From: a virus
Taxonomy: Duplodnaviria; Caudoviricetes
Length of the DNA stretch: 33,578 bases
Direction: 5' to 3' (one strand)
IMG/VR virus record: IMGVR_UViG_3300020045_013871
Location: 1 to 33,578 of that record
Part shown: positions 15,193-24,884 of the stretch, one piece after another
Layout of the letters: every line of letters starts with the position of its first letter
Position numbering within the stretch: the stretch's first letter is position 1
Notes under the pieces: generated by a model
What the model saw: the letters and a program-made list of their open reading frames with translations, nothing else
The model's database searches: none
What the model was told of the DNA's origin: nothing
Made by a program: the position numbers and the translations under genes

Positions 15193-15458
15193 CCGAACAA
15201 CTTTACTCCCCCGCACAAGCCGCCGCGCTCATCATCAACGGCCAAACCGGCCAACCCGGTATCAGCCTTAGCCGGGTAAATACCCTCTGCCGCGAGGGTC
15301 GGCTGGGCCGGCGGGTGGGCTACAATTGGGTGATTAGCCAAGAGGAAATTGAGGCGTTCAATACCGCCCCCAAGCCTACACAATGGGACGGGCGACGGAA
15401 GCGCCAGGAGGTGGAACTTCTGGAGGAGGAGGCGAAAGTGCCGTGGGTAGATGAATAG
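15189..15458 (+). CDS. Excisionase-like HTH protein
   Basis: YSPAQAAA...ISLSRVNTLCREGRLG..VG..WVI..EEI. Confidence 0.8.
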   Translation: MTEQLYSPAQAAALIINGQTGQPGISLSRVNTLCREGRLGRRVGYNWVISQEEIEAFNTAPKPTQWDGRRKRQEVELLEEEAKVPWVDE

Positions 15459-15466
15459 GCCCAAAC

Positions 15467-15497
15467 AAAAGACCCCTAGCGAATAGGGGCCTTTTTT
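15467..15497. terminator. Bidirectional terminator between convergent modules
   Basis: aaaagaccccta-gcgaa-taggggcctttttt. Confidence 0.75.
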
Positions 15498-15807
15498 ATT
15501 CCTGAGCTATCAAATCCGCGAATGTCTCAAACACGGACACCCCCAGGGTAAAACGAATCTCCATCCTATACCGTGTCCCCGCCGTCAACCCACTAATCGG
15601 TTTAAGCGTGATTACATCCCCAGTTGCCGTAGTGGATCCGCTTGGCGCAACCGTTGACGTGACATCTGCCCCGGCGTCGTTTTTAACCGTTAGCACCGGC
15701 GCGGTTGGACTGCTCCCCCAGGGCGTGGTCGTCAGGGTGTAGGTAATTGTCTCGTCAGCGCCCTGGTAAATCGGGCTCTCTATTATTTTCCTGGTTGTGT
15801 TATTCAT
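15496..15807 (-). CDS. Small beta-sandwich tail-fibre-associated protein
   Basis: QGADETITYTLTTTPW...SGLTAGTRYRMEIRF; last gene of the tail module. Confidence 0.65.
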   Translation of the reverse strand: MNNTTRKIIESPIYQGADETITYTLTTTPWGSSPTAPVLTVKNDAGADVTSTVAPSGSTTATGDVITLKPISGLTAGTRYRMEIRFTLGVSVFETFADLIAQE

Positions 15808-17969
15808 TCTCTATCCCTCACTGTTAAATTTTGTGACCGGCTTTGCAGCGTAACCCCTGTCGACCGGCTGCGTAATGTCAGTCCCAACCCACGCGCCTGC
15901 AACGTCAAACTAACCACCTGAACAATCGCCAGTGTCACCGATTCGCTAACCGTGATAGTATCAGCGGTGGTAACATCAGAGGTCAGCGTGTCAGTGAATA
16001 TGGCCGCCTCAACATATTCGCTAACCGTTACCGTATCCGCTGCGCTGCCATAAAGAGCCGGGTTGTCTGCCGTTATACTCTCACTAACGGTTATAGACTG
16101 CGCCTGGTCTATTGCCAGGTCAACTAATGCAATCGCCAGCGCCTCGCTAACAGTTAGCGTATCCGAGGCCGTAATATCCAGCCCGCCAACGCTGGCAATC
16201 GCAACCGTTAGCGCCTCACTAATCGTGATTGTCTCTGAGGCGATTATACTGATGGTAATCTGTTGCCCGGTTGCCTCAGAGAGCGTTACCGTCTCCGTCT
16301 GGCTAACCAGTGCCTCTAACAGTTGGCTAGTCGTCTCTGAGAGCGTCACCGTGTCCGAGGCGCTTGTATCCAGTCCGATTTCAAGCGTTACCGATTCGGT
16401 AATTGTAACCGAGTCGGTCATACTAATGACGACCCCACCGGCCACTACAACATTAACGGTTATGCTCTCAGAGAGCGTAATCGTCTCAACCGCACTAACG
16501 TTTATTGGTACTTGGAGAGTAACCGCCTCGGATACGGTGACGCTTTCTGAGGTACTAACCAGTGCATCTAATAGCTGCCCGGTTGCCTCTGAGAGTGTAA
16601 CCGTCTCCGATTGGCTAATCAACGCCTCAAGCAGTTGGCTAGTCGCTTCTGAGAGTGTAACCGTCTCGCCAGTGCTAACGGTGCGGGTAATATCAAGCGC
16701 CGCCGATTCGCTAACTGTTACGGAATCGGTGACGCTGATGTCAATACTCCCAACCGCCCCAACGGATACCGCCAGCGCCTCGCTAATCGTGATTGTCTCT
16801 GAGGTGCTAACGGCTATTGATATTTGGAGAGTAACCGTCTCCGAGAGCGTCACCGTCTCCGCTTGGCTAACCAGTGCCTCTAACAGTTGGCTAGTTACCT
16901 CTGAGAGCGTGACCGTGTCCGATTGGGCAATCAGCGCCTCAAGCAGTTGGCTAGTTGTCTCTGAGAGCGTCACCGTGTCGCTAACGCTAATCAAGCTTGT
17001 TAAAACCTGATTCGTTGATTCGCTCAGTGTTACTATTTCCGAGGCGATAACCTGAGAATTATCAAGGGCAGTGACAATAATCTCTGAGATTGTTACCAGT
17101 TCTAAAGCGACAATAGTTATGACAACTTCTGGGGTGGCACTCTCGGAAAGTGCCACGGTTTCAGACTGGTTAATAGTGTGGACTAATGTTTGCCCCGTAG
17201 TCTCGGATAGCGTAACAGTATCGGATTTGCTAACCAGTATCTCAAGGAGTCGCCCCGTAGTCTCGGATAGCGTAACGGTATCGGATTTACTAACCGAAAT
17301 ATCCCCGGTCGCTTCAACCTTAACTTCGCTTGCCATACCGCCCCAGGATTCACTTGTGGCCCAAGACGCGCTCGCGGTCGTCTCGAATGCATCGCCCCGA
17401 TACTGAGAAATAAGGCTTCGCAAGTGGCCCGCATTGCTAAGGTTGTCTAAAATTGTCCAGTTGGTTTGGCCCGTGTTGGTTTCGTTGCGGGGGTGCATAA
17501 AGGCCGAGATAGGCCGGTTGTCTGCCTGAGCAGGTGACGCCAATGTTACCGAGCCGGAAGTGCCTGTGCCGGTATTGGTCACTGGTGTTACAAAGGCGGC
17601 TGCAATACCACCTGATAAATCCAATCCCGTGATCTGGAAAAATTCAGCCGTGCAACCCAACTCGGTATTAGCCCCATAGTCGATTGTGGTTACGTCAGTG
17701 GTTGCCCCTGACGCCAAAGCTGCAAAAAGAGATAACCCATCCGGGCCGGAGCCAATTGACAAAGTTGACCCAATTTGCACCCAGGTGAGCGAATTGCCGG
17801 ATATTGTTGGAGTGTCCGGCCCAGCCCCAGTGCGTCGATTGGTTATAAAAACACAAATCGCGCCCTCGGTGGGGGGCGTCCAGGAACTATTGGTATACGC
17901 TGTCCGGTTGACCGAATCGTTAATGTCCGGGTTGGCCGATGCTCCCAAATTTGCAAATGCTATTGCCAT
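15804..17969 (-). CDS. Ser/Thr-rich repeat structural protein (fibre/scaffold) with ~220-aa N-terminal beta domain
   Basis: About 22 ~20-aa repeats, consensus (I/V)SxS(D/E)T(V/I)T(L/V/I)SE; C-terminal 9-aa LTLxxR repeats. Confidence 0.8.
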   Translation of the reverse strand: MAIAFANLGASANPDINDSVNRTAYTNSSWTPPTEGAICVFITNRRTGAGPDTPTISGNSLTWVQIGSTLSIGSGPDGLSLFAALASGATTDVTTIDYGANTELGCTAEFFQITGLDLSGGIAAAFVTPVTNTGTGTSGSVTLASPAQADNRPISAFMHPRNETNTGQTNWTILDNLSNAGHLRSLISQYRGDAFETTASASWATSESWGGMASEVKVEATGDISVSKSDTVTLSETTGRLLEILVSKSDTVTLSETTGQTLVHTINQSETVALSESATPEVVITIVALELVTISEIIVTALDNSQVIASEIVTLSESTNQVLTSLISVSDTVTLSETTSQLLEALIAQSDTVTLSEVTSQLLEALVSQAETVTLSETVTLQISIAVSTSETITISEALAVSVGAVGSIDISVTDSVTVSESAALDITRTVSTGETVTLSEATSQLLEALISQSETVTLSEATGQLLDALVSTSESVTVSEAVTLQVPINVSAVETITLSESITVNVVVAGGVVISMTDSVTITESVTLEIGLDTSASDTVTLSETTSQLLEALVSQTETVTLSEATGQQITISIIASETITISEALTVAIASVGGLDITASDTLTVSEALAIALVDLAIDQAQSITVSESITADNPALYGSAADTVTVSEYVEAAIFTDTLTSDVTTADTITVSESVTLAIVQVVSLTLQARGLGLTLRSRSTGVTLQSRSQNLTVRDRE

Positions 17970-19567
17970 TATCTGAGCTTTCTTTCCAGTTGGGCCAGGT
18001 ACATTTGGATATTATCAACCGGCATATCAGGGCTGATGTTGATTGTCCGGCTTTCGGCGTCATAGCTGGTATAGTGGATAAAAAATATCTCACCCGTTTT
18101 AATAAACTTGACCCGCTGCCCAGCCCTAACCCGGCTAACCGGCAACATCCCACCATCCTTTTTTCGTATCTCCCCGACCACCTGAAATGTGGCCCGCGTC
18201 AACCGGTCTTTGTGATATTCAATAAACCGGCTGCCAACATAATCAGCCACCGTTACCGCTGCATCATCTAATTTGAGGTAATAGTCCCGCTGGTATTCGT
18301 CATCTATTGAGGCCATGTCTTTTAGCGCGGCATTGTCTGTCCCTGTCCTATACATCAGCACCCCCCGTTCATCGGTGTAGCGCACGGTCACGCTATTATA
18401 TAATCCGTCGCTTGTCTTTTCATAGGTCAGCCCCTTGAGCGAGTATTCGCCCGGATTAAGCTCATACTCCCAATCGCTAACGCTTTTGGCCTCAAACACA
18501 AAGCGCGGTTTGCCGTCAGCCGTGCCGGTTCTGTCCCACACCGAAGCGCCCCAGGTATTAAGCGCGGTATCCCCATAAGCAGCTATAGCCTCAATCACTT
18601 TGGCGGCATAGGTTGGTTCCTCCACCGCGTAGGGGTCTAGCACCTGGCCGGGGTCTCCCAGGTCAGTAAAGTCGGTTGAAATGTTTGCCCCTTTTTGGTT
18701 GACCAGTAATACCACGTCCTCTACTAGCTGCCCCTGAGTATAGGTAGGCGCGGCTATGGCCCGATGCCCGGCTTCATAATTGGTTTCAACCCGCAGATTG
18801 GAAATGTGAGCATAGTCGTTATTATCGTATAGATCATCATTCCAAATCAAAGCCCTGAACTCTAAAAATGAGGTTGCTCCATATGCAATAGTAACTATTT
18901 GGTTAATCCCACTACGTGGGGCGCTTTGGGACACCTGATACCATTCAACGCCGGGGGTGGGGGGGTGGTCTACCCCCGGCGGGTTTTGGCCGTTAATTAG
19001 TTCCAGGAAAAAATTCTCGCCAGACCGAATAAGCCAATCAAATGATACCCGCCTGATTGTACCGGTTGGCGTCTCATAGCGCTCCCGATAGGTTTCATAT
19101 CTGACGCGGTAAATATCACGAGTGCCTAGCAAAATTTGGATAATGTTATCCCGCTTGGTATTAACAAACGAGGTTTGAGTAATATCAGTAGTCAACCCTT
19201 GCGGCCAGTGCAGGTTGTCAATCCCCTTGATGTCTATCCACCGTTTACGTAAATCTCTTTCCTCAAACAAGGCCCACCACCCGACGCACTGGACATTTAC
19301 ATATTCGTCAGCGCCAGCTTGGGTGATCGGCATGCTCTCAATCCGGCCCTGGTAGACTATTGTCCCATCATCCCAGATAATCACACCGTAGCTATTCTTG
19401 ACGACCCACCCGGCGAACACGTCCATTCGGCGTACCCTAAATGAGGCCGTGCCAAACCCTTTGGGCCAATAGGTTTCCCAGGATATGCCGGTAGCGTACT
19501 CTATCGCCCCTTCCGGGTCATACACCTGGTTACCGCTTGTATCGTAAATCGTTATGTACTCTGTCAT
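17969..19567 (-). CDS. Tail tip / baseplate hub-like protein
   Basis: Position after the Dit-like gene; YQGRIE...VQCVGW N-terminus and VRAGQRV...IHYTSYD C-terminus typical of hub proteins. Confidence 0.65.
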   Translation of the reverse strand: MTEYITIYDTSGNQVYDPEGAIEYATGISWETYWPKGFGTASFRVRRMDVFAGWVVKNSYGVIIWDDGTIVYQGRIESMPITQAGADEYVNVQCVGWWALFEERDLRKRWIDIKGIDNLHWPQGLTTDITQTSFVNTKRDNIIQILLGTRDIYRVRYETYRERYETPTGTIRRVSFDWLIRSGENFFLELINGQNPPGVDHPPTPGVEWYQVSQSAPRSGINQIVTIAYGATSFLEFRALIWNDDLYDNNDYAHISNLRVETNYEAGHRAIAAPTYTQGQLVEDVVLLVNQKGANISTDFTDLGDPGQVLDPYAVEEPTYAAKVIEAIAAYGDTALNTWGASVWDRTGTADGKPRFVFEAKSVSDWEYELNPGEYSLKGLTYEKTSDGLYNSVTVRYTDERGVLMYRTGTDNAALKDMASIDDEYQRDYYLKLDDAAVTVADYVGSRFIEYHKDRLTRATFQVVGEIRKKDGGMLPVSRVRAGQRVKFIKTGEIFFIHYTSYDAESRTINISPDMPVDNIQMYLAQLERKLR

Positions 19568-21885
19568 CAGCTAACCATTCCGCCGGGCAGTAGATAGCGC
19601 GGCGTTACGTAGGTTTTTATCTGCATAGTCGAGCTTTGCACGTATGTTAAGCCGCTGTCATACATTGCCAAAAAGAATAGATAATTATATTGGCCCGGCG
19701 TAAGCTGGATGTCCCCGTTTTTAATCAGGTGATACCGCTCACTTAGTGTGCTTGTGTCAAAAACATAAGCGGCGCTATCAACTATCGCCGGTTGAGTGGC
19801 GTTAATCAGCCAGGCCCCGGTAGCACTTTGACTGATTTGCATTGGCTCAGGAATTAACCAGAGATACAGCAAGCCAAACCCGTAACTAGTACCGGTTGTC
19901 TCAAGACCGTAAGCAAACGAAGTGACCGGCGTTTGATGACGACTGATAAACAGATCACCACAATCCATAATGGCATAATTGGCATTGGCCCCAACGGTGA
20001 TATAAGCGCCATAAACTTTGCCCGCCGCCGTGTTGCTCAGATTGTAAAACGGCCTGAGCTTGACCCCGCTAGAGGTGACAATAGAGGCAACTACTTTGTA
20101 TCGCCCCGGCAAAACATCGGTGACAATAAATGTACCCGGCGAAAATGTTTGAGTACCGGCATAGATCGTATTGACCAGACCATAGTAATAATAGAAATTG
20201 TAATCAGCCGGGGCAAACGTGGCTTGAGACGGTCTGATGCCAACGTAAACTATTTTGTCAGCGCCGATCTGTGACCCTAAATCTAGCGGATTAAACCTGA
20301 TTGTCAGTTTGCTCGGCACGTCCCCGGCGATGCCGCCAAGCACCAGGTAATTGAGAATTGTACCAGCGCCATTATCATAATTATCAACAATGTTGTCACC
20401 ATCGGGTGACAGGCTGTAGGGAGGTGGGCCCACTTTGCCGCCCCTGTTTTTAATCTGGTACTCCGCCGCATAGAGTGACCCCGCTTGCGTGGCCGTGATC
20501 GCCTCGTCAAATATCCGCCAGCCGTCGAGTATCACGTCAACCCCGTCTATTGTCCCGGTTGCCGGACAACCCAGGGCGATTGTACCGCCATCGGTCATAG
20601 TGGCCGCCGCGGTTACGCTGGCTATCTGCGAGCCGTTGGCATAGAGGCGCAAAGTGGTGCTGTCCTGAACCAAAATCACACTGACATTAGCACCATTGGC
20701 AATGCTAAAGCTGCTGCTGTTGGTCGTATAGGTTGTACCACTTACGATTTTGGTAATCGTAAAGCGGGTATTGGAGGCATCATAGATAATCCTAATCCTG
20801 TTGGATGCGTTGGCGTAGTAGTCGAAGATATCTTTATTCCCACTGGCCCAGGTTGCGTTGAGGCTAAACCAACCCGTTACCGCGAATTGGCCGGTTAGCC
20901 CGCTTGAGGTATAAGCCGGGTAGTGCAGTTTAGAAGATGAGCCGGAGGCGACTAGCACCCCCTTAGCGTGATCGCTCACCGCCCCGGCTGCGGTTGCTAC
21001 CTGTTGAGGTAGCCCCTCCGGGTAAGCGCTGCAAGTGAGATTGAGAATAGCCTTTTCGATATTGCCGCTGGCTAGCATCCCTGATTTGTGCAGGCCGCCC
21101 GGCCATTGGGGAGCGTTACCGCTAAAAACCTCATAATAGTGGGATAGCTGCCCGAATGTCGGTGTTGGTAGGGATGACAGGTTATCAGCCCAACGATACT
21201 CAAGCCAAACCCGCTCCCCAATGCCTCGAACATTGTACAAATTGGCCTCAAGCAGGAATTGGTTTATTTGCCGCTGTAACTCAAACAGGCCCATCATAGA
21301 GCCGCTAACCAGGTCATAGTTTACCGTTAGTTTGGAATTGCCCCGGCTTTCGGCAAACTTTTTCTCCCCCTCAAACCTGATACTCTCGCCGCTCCATAGT
21401 TCAATCTGCGGGCTTGAGTTGGGAGTAAAGCCTTCACTGGATAAATAGATATGACCGTCTGCCCTATAAGCCAGGTCAAAAGTCCGGCTTGGGTTGCGCT
21501 TATCGTTACCGTAAATTAATCTTAACACGTGTCCTGCCTCTACTCCAATAGCCAGGAGTGAGACGGTTACATTAACCGAATCCCGTAATGTCGCCCTGGC
21601 CAGCCAAATAAATAGCGCTGAAATTATTCCTATTATCGAATCCGTAACCGTATCAACGGCGGCAGGTCTGGCAGTTGTAGGCACTGATACGGTGACAATC
21701 TCAGAGATTGCCCAGGCTAATCTTAATGATAACGCAATGCCGGGTGCGGATACGGTCACAATCTCAGAGGCGGTGGCGCTGATTATAGCCGCCAATACCG
21801 GCGTGGGTAGTGACTCAATCCTGGTTACAGATAGCGGTTGTTGTAATTGTCTCATCGTTAGTTGAGCCATTTGATGATATGCCAA
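19567..21885 (-). CDS. Distal-tail-like protein with internal LamG domain (start uncertain)
   Basis: LamG motif LRLYANGSQIA...LGC...LDGWRIFDEAIT; GDVP and C-terminal VTPRYL; N-terminal SEIVTVS repeats. Confidence 0.65.
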   Translation of the reverse strand: MAYHQMAQLTMRQLQQPLSVTRIESLPTPVLAAIISATASEIVTVSAPGIALSLRLAWAISEIVTVSVPTTARPAAVDTVTDSIIGIISALFIWLARATLRDSVNVTVSLLAIGVEAGHVLRLIYGNDKRNPSRTFDLAYRADGHIYLSSEGFTPNSSPQIELWSGESIRFEGEKKFAESRGNSKLTVNYDLVSGSMMGLFELQRQINQFLLEANLYNVRGIGERVWLEYRWADNLSSLPTPTFGQLSHYYEVFSGNAPQWPGGLHKSGMLASGNIEKAILNLTCSAYPEGLPQQVATAAGAVSDHAKGVLVASGSSSKLHYPAYTSSGLTGQFAVTGWFSLNATWASGNKDIFDYYANASNRIRIIYDASNTRFTITKIVSGTTYTTNSSSFSIANGANVSVILVQDSTTLRLYANGSQIASVTAAATMTDGGTIALGCPATGTIDGVDVILDGWRIFDEAITATQAGSLYAAEYQIKNRGGKVGPPPYSLSPDGDNIVDNYDNGAGTILNYLVLGGIAGDVPSKLTIRFNPLDLGSQIGADKIVYVGIRPSQATFAPADYNFYYYYGLVNTIYAGTQTFSPGTFIVTDVLPGRYKVVASIVTSSGVKLRPFYNLSNTAAGKVYGAYITVGANANYAIMDCGDLFISRHQTPVTSFAYGLETTGTSYGFGLLYLWLIPEPMQISQSATGAWLINATQPAIVDSAAYVFDTSTLSERYHLIKNGDIQLTPGQYNYLFFLAMYDSGLTYVQSSTMQIKTYVTPRYLLPGGMVS

Positions 21886-24277
21886 AATTTATCATTCTGG
21901 CGGTTGTGTAGTCCAGCCTGTAGCCGCGCTTGTTTGAGGTTGGCCCCCATTTGGATAACAGATAACCCAGGTTAGCCGAGCTTTCCGGGGTTATTTTGGC
22001 GACAAGCGTCACCGCACTTCCGGCCAAATCGAGGCCGGTTTGGGCAGCATCGGTGATCGTCAGGTACTGGCTGGACGCAAACTCAAAATCTGCGCCGTTA
22101 GCGACTTTGACCACGGTGTTAATATCGGTCAAATCGTTATTATTGGCCGTGGTGTCTAGCCTGGTCGCCCCGGTTGCCTCGGTCAGTTTCCAGTACCCGG
22201 CTAACCGGCTGTCATCCTCATACACCATCGGCAAATCAGGAAGGCTGTCACTGACCGGGCCAATCTCGCTGCCGTTGTTATTGGCTGCCAGAGAGTGCAG
22301 CCAGAATGTACCAAATTCCTCATCACTATCACCGGCCCCGGCAGGGGTAGTAATAGCGCCCCAACCCATTTCATCGGTGGTGCGGGTGTCATTGTCCAGG
22401 CCGGACAATGAGCCTTGACTAACACCATTGATCCAGAGTTGGAACGTGCCGTTATTGGCCCCGGCGGATGAGGCCGCCGTCAATTGGAACTCTATGCGCT
22501 GGGGTGCGCGGGTAATAGCAAACCCGCTTGAGCTGCCGATATAGGTTTGTGTCCCGCCGTCAGTATCAGTCGAGGCCACAATGTAAAACGAGCCGCCGGT
22601 ATAGCGCAATTCAATCCTGGTGTGCGGCGACCCTGACCGCCTCAAATTAGCAATGGTCAGATTGGTGCTGTTAGCCATCTGGAACAGATATGGTTCCAGG
22701 TAAAAGCGGTGTCTGATCGTAGCGGTGTTAGTTATCGTCTTGCGGATGTAGTGGGCAGTTGTGTCCTGTACCTTGACCGCTACCCCAAAGCCATAAGTCA
22801 ACTCTCTGATCGGGTATAGGTTAATCTCACCGTCTGCGTCGACAAACGTAGTGAACATACCCGGCAAATAACCGCGCAATCCTGGCAACTCACCGAATAG
22901 ATTTTGATTGGTTGGTTGGGTGGGTCTGGCTTCATAAGCGCCCATCGCGTGGGTAATTGGCCGGGGTAATTGGGCCAAATCACGAGACAAGGCCATATTC
23001 TGCCCGGCGTTAAGGAATGATGAGCTTGCACCTGGTACATACTCAGTATCGAATGCGGGGGTCGCTGAGGTTACGGTGTCATTGTTCCAGGCTGTTGGCG
23101 GGCCGGACGATACGCTAGGGTAGGTATTATGTTGCCAGTTGGCTTCACCGGTTATGGCGGTGGTGCTGCGGCTGTAAACGCCCCGATAAAAGATGTTGTT
23201 GCGGACGCGGGTATAACTGACGTCTGAGGATTGATTGACGTATAAATCGCCCGACCCACCGCAGATAATCGAGTTATTCTCAGCCACTACTCCATTGGTA
23301 AATGAAAAACTAATGCCAATAGCCGGGCCGCCGTTAGCGGTAGTGGGGTCGATAACCATATTGGAAATGAACCTGATATTTTCATTTCTAACCGAACCGC
23401 CCCCCTGCCCGCAAGATAATCCAACCCCGGAATCCCAAACTATGTTGTCAATAAAATCAATGTTTTGCGCCTCGACGTGACAACCAATAGCGCCGCCGTT
23501 ACCAGTACCGCCGCTGTCCTGATTGGCAACGGTTGCATAGATACCATAACAACGGTTTCGGAAGACCAGCATCCCCCCAACCGACGCTTTTATGTCAACG
23601 CCGCTCTCGCCAACGTTGGTTAAAAAATCGTGCCAGTCACGTGACCCATAAGGCCGTGGCACAAACATAACGTTGTCATAAATATTGACATCGCTAACTG
23701 AGGTAATGCCGCTATCGCATTGATACCCGTCCGCGCCCATATCCAGGATATAATTTTTATAGATGCTGGCCGTGTCCATTCGGGTAGCGCAATAAAACCC
23801 GTGCGCCCCCGCCCCCCCGCTAATCCGTGTCCGGCAATCGTAAATGATATTACGGCGTCCAATGAAGTTAGTCACATTGCGGGCGTGGATAGCATGACTG
23901 GCGCAGTGCTTGACTACCATATCCTGAATAGTCACACCATCAACTATAGTCGTGGAACTCCCAACGCGGATACCAATTGTTGGACTGTTGGCAACAATGA
24001 AATTTTGGATTGTCCAGCCGTTAGCCATTATCCGAAATTCGGTCGTTGGGAGATCGACCGTCGCAGGGTTGTAAATATCCGTGCTGGTTATGGTGATCGT
24101 CCGGGCGCGGGTAATGTTAACATCCTGGTTAAATGTTGTCCCGGCGACAAGCAGAATCCTGTCACCGTTAGCGGCTGCGGAGGTGTTACAGGCGTAGTCT
24201 ATAGTCTGCCATGGCGCGCCCGCCGTGCCAGCGTTAGCATTATTTCCGGTTGTCGGGTTTACGTAATAATCTACCAC
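21815..24277 (-). CDS. Tail fibre/spike: right-handed beta-helix (pectate-lyase-like) plus lectin-like domains; last LamG appears incomplete
   Basis: YYVNPTTGNNANAGTAGAPWQTI start, Asn-ladder repeats, MGAYE, FQLWING, LAGYWKL; GAGGT RBS before GTG. Confidence 0.8.
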   Translation of the reverse strand: MVDYYVNPTTGNNANAGTAGAPWQTIDYACNTSAAANGDRILLVAGTTFNQDVNITRARTITITSTDIYNPATVDLPTTEFRIMANGWTIQNFIVANSPTIGIRVGSSTTIVDGVTIQDMVVKHCASHAIHARNVTNFIGRRNIIYDCRTRISGGAGAHGFYCATRMDTASIYKNYILDMGADGYQCDSGITSVSDVNIYDNVMFVPRPYGSRDWHDFLTNVGESGVDIKASVGGMLVFRNRCYGIYATVANQDSGGTGNGGAIGCHVEAQNIDFIDNIVWDSGVGLSCGQGGGSVRNENIRFISNMVIDPTTANGGPAIGISFSFTNGVVAENNSIICGGSGDLYVNQSSDVSYTRVRNNIFYRGVYSRSTTAITGEANWQHNTYPSVSSGPPTAWNNDTVTSATPAFDTEYVPGASSSFLNAGQNMALSRDLAQLPRPITHAMGAYEARPTQPTNQNLFGELPGLRGYLPGMFTTFVDADGEINLYPIRELTYGFGVAVKVQDTTAHYIRKTITNTATIRHRFYLEPYLFQMANSTNLTIANLRRSGSPHTRIELRYTGGSFYIVASTDTDGGTQTYIGSSSGFAITRAPQRIEFQLTAASSAGANNGTFQLWINGVSQGSLSGLDNDTRTTDEMGWGAITTPAGAGDSDEEFGTFWLHSLAANNNGSEIGPVSDSLPDLPMVYEDDSRLAGYWKLTEATGATRLDTTANNNDLTDINTVVKVANGADFEFASSQYLTITDAAQTGLDLAGSAVTLVAKITPESSANLGYLLSKWGPTSNKRGYRLDYTTARMINFGISSNGSTNDETITTTAICNQD

Positions 24278-24294
24278 GTTACCTCAAAGCAAAT

Positions 24295-24331
24295 AAAAAA
24301 GCCGGTATAATCTGTAGGATTACCCGGCTTT
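24295..24331 (-). terminator. Intrinsic terminator/attenuator upstream of the fibre gene
   Basis: aaagccgggtaatc-ctaca-gattataccggc followed by TTTTTT on the minus strand. Confidence 0.7.
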
Positions 24332-24388
24332 GTGTCACCCGTCTAGGCGTGTTGGCTATGATGATGTTGCCATACCGGGTTATCTTTC

Positions 24389-24769
24389 CTAGCTAAACGT
24401 CAGTGCAATGTCAACCACCCAGGTTTGCCCGGCTGATTTAGTCCCTTGTGCCGATACCACCCTGAGTAGATTGTCCGCCGCATCGCTGTTGCCACTTGCG
24501 ACGGTAAACTCGTTCCAGTCATAGTTGCCCGTCCCGGTTCCAAACGAGGCCCGGAAAGTGACCGTCTGCCCACTGATAATCGGGTAAGTGGCGGACATAG
24601 CGACATAAGCTTTATTGGATGACGCCTGCAAGCCAGTCTGTGAGGCGGCGAATCCGGTTGTACTATCGCCAACTCCAATATAGGCGTTAGCGTTACTGAA
24701 CGCCGTCTCCGCTCCCCCGGTCAACAGGTTTAGGAGCGAGGTGATTCCTTCGTTTAACAGGTCTGCCAT
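24389..24769 (-). CDS. Small tail-collar/fibre-type structural protein
   Basis: LLNEG...YIGVGDSTT...ASQTGL...TFRASF...WNEF...GTKS...LTFS. Confidence 0.75.
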   Translation of the reverse strand: MADLLNEGITSLLNLLTGGAETAFSNANAYIGVGDSTTGFAASQTGLQASSNKAYVAMSATYPIISGQTVTFRASFGTGTGNYDWNEFTVASGNSDAADNLLRVVSAQGTKSAGQTWVVDIALTFS

Positions 24770-24884
24770 TAGGTTTCCTCAATTCGATGAGTTGAACTTC
24801 CTCAGTTGTTTCAAAAGGTTGTTCTTCTCCGTCGTTATATTTTCGTATGGTAATCGTTACCGTGGCCTTGCCGGTGGTAATCAT
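24693..24884 (-). CDS. Hypothetical protein, possibly the split N-terminal part of 24389-24769
   Basis: Coupled to the DALR gene (TAATG); TITIRKY...PFE segment. Confidence 0.45.
   Translation of the reverse strand: MITTGKATVTITIRKYNDGEEQPFETTEEVQLIELRKPNGRPVKRRNHLAPKPVDRGSGDGVQ

Noticed and set aside
16063-17406. Plus-strand ORFs 16063-17010 and 17071-17406 with similar S/V/T repeats
   Set aside because: Antisense shadows of the repeat protein arising from its codon composition.
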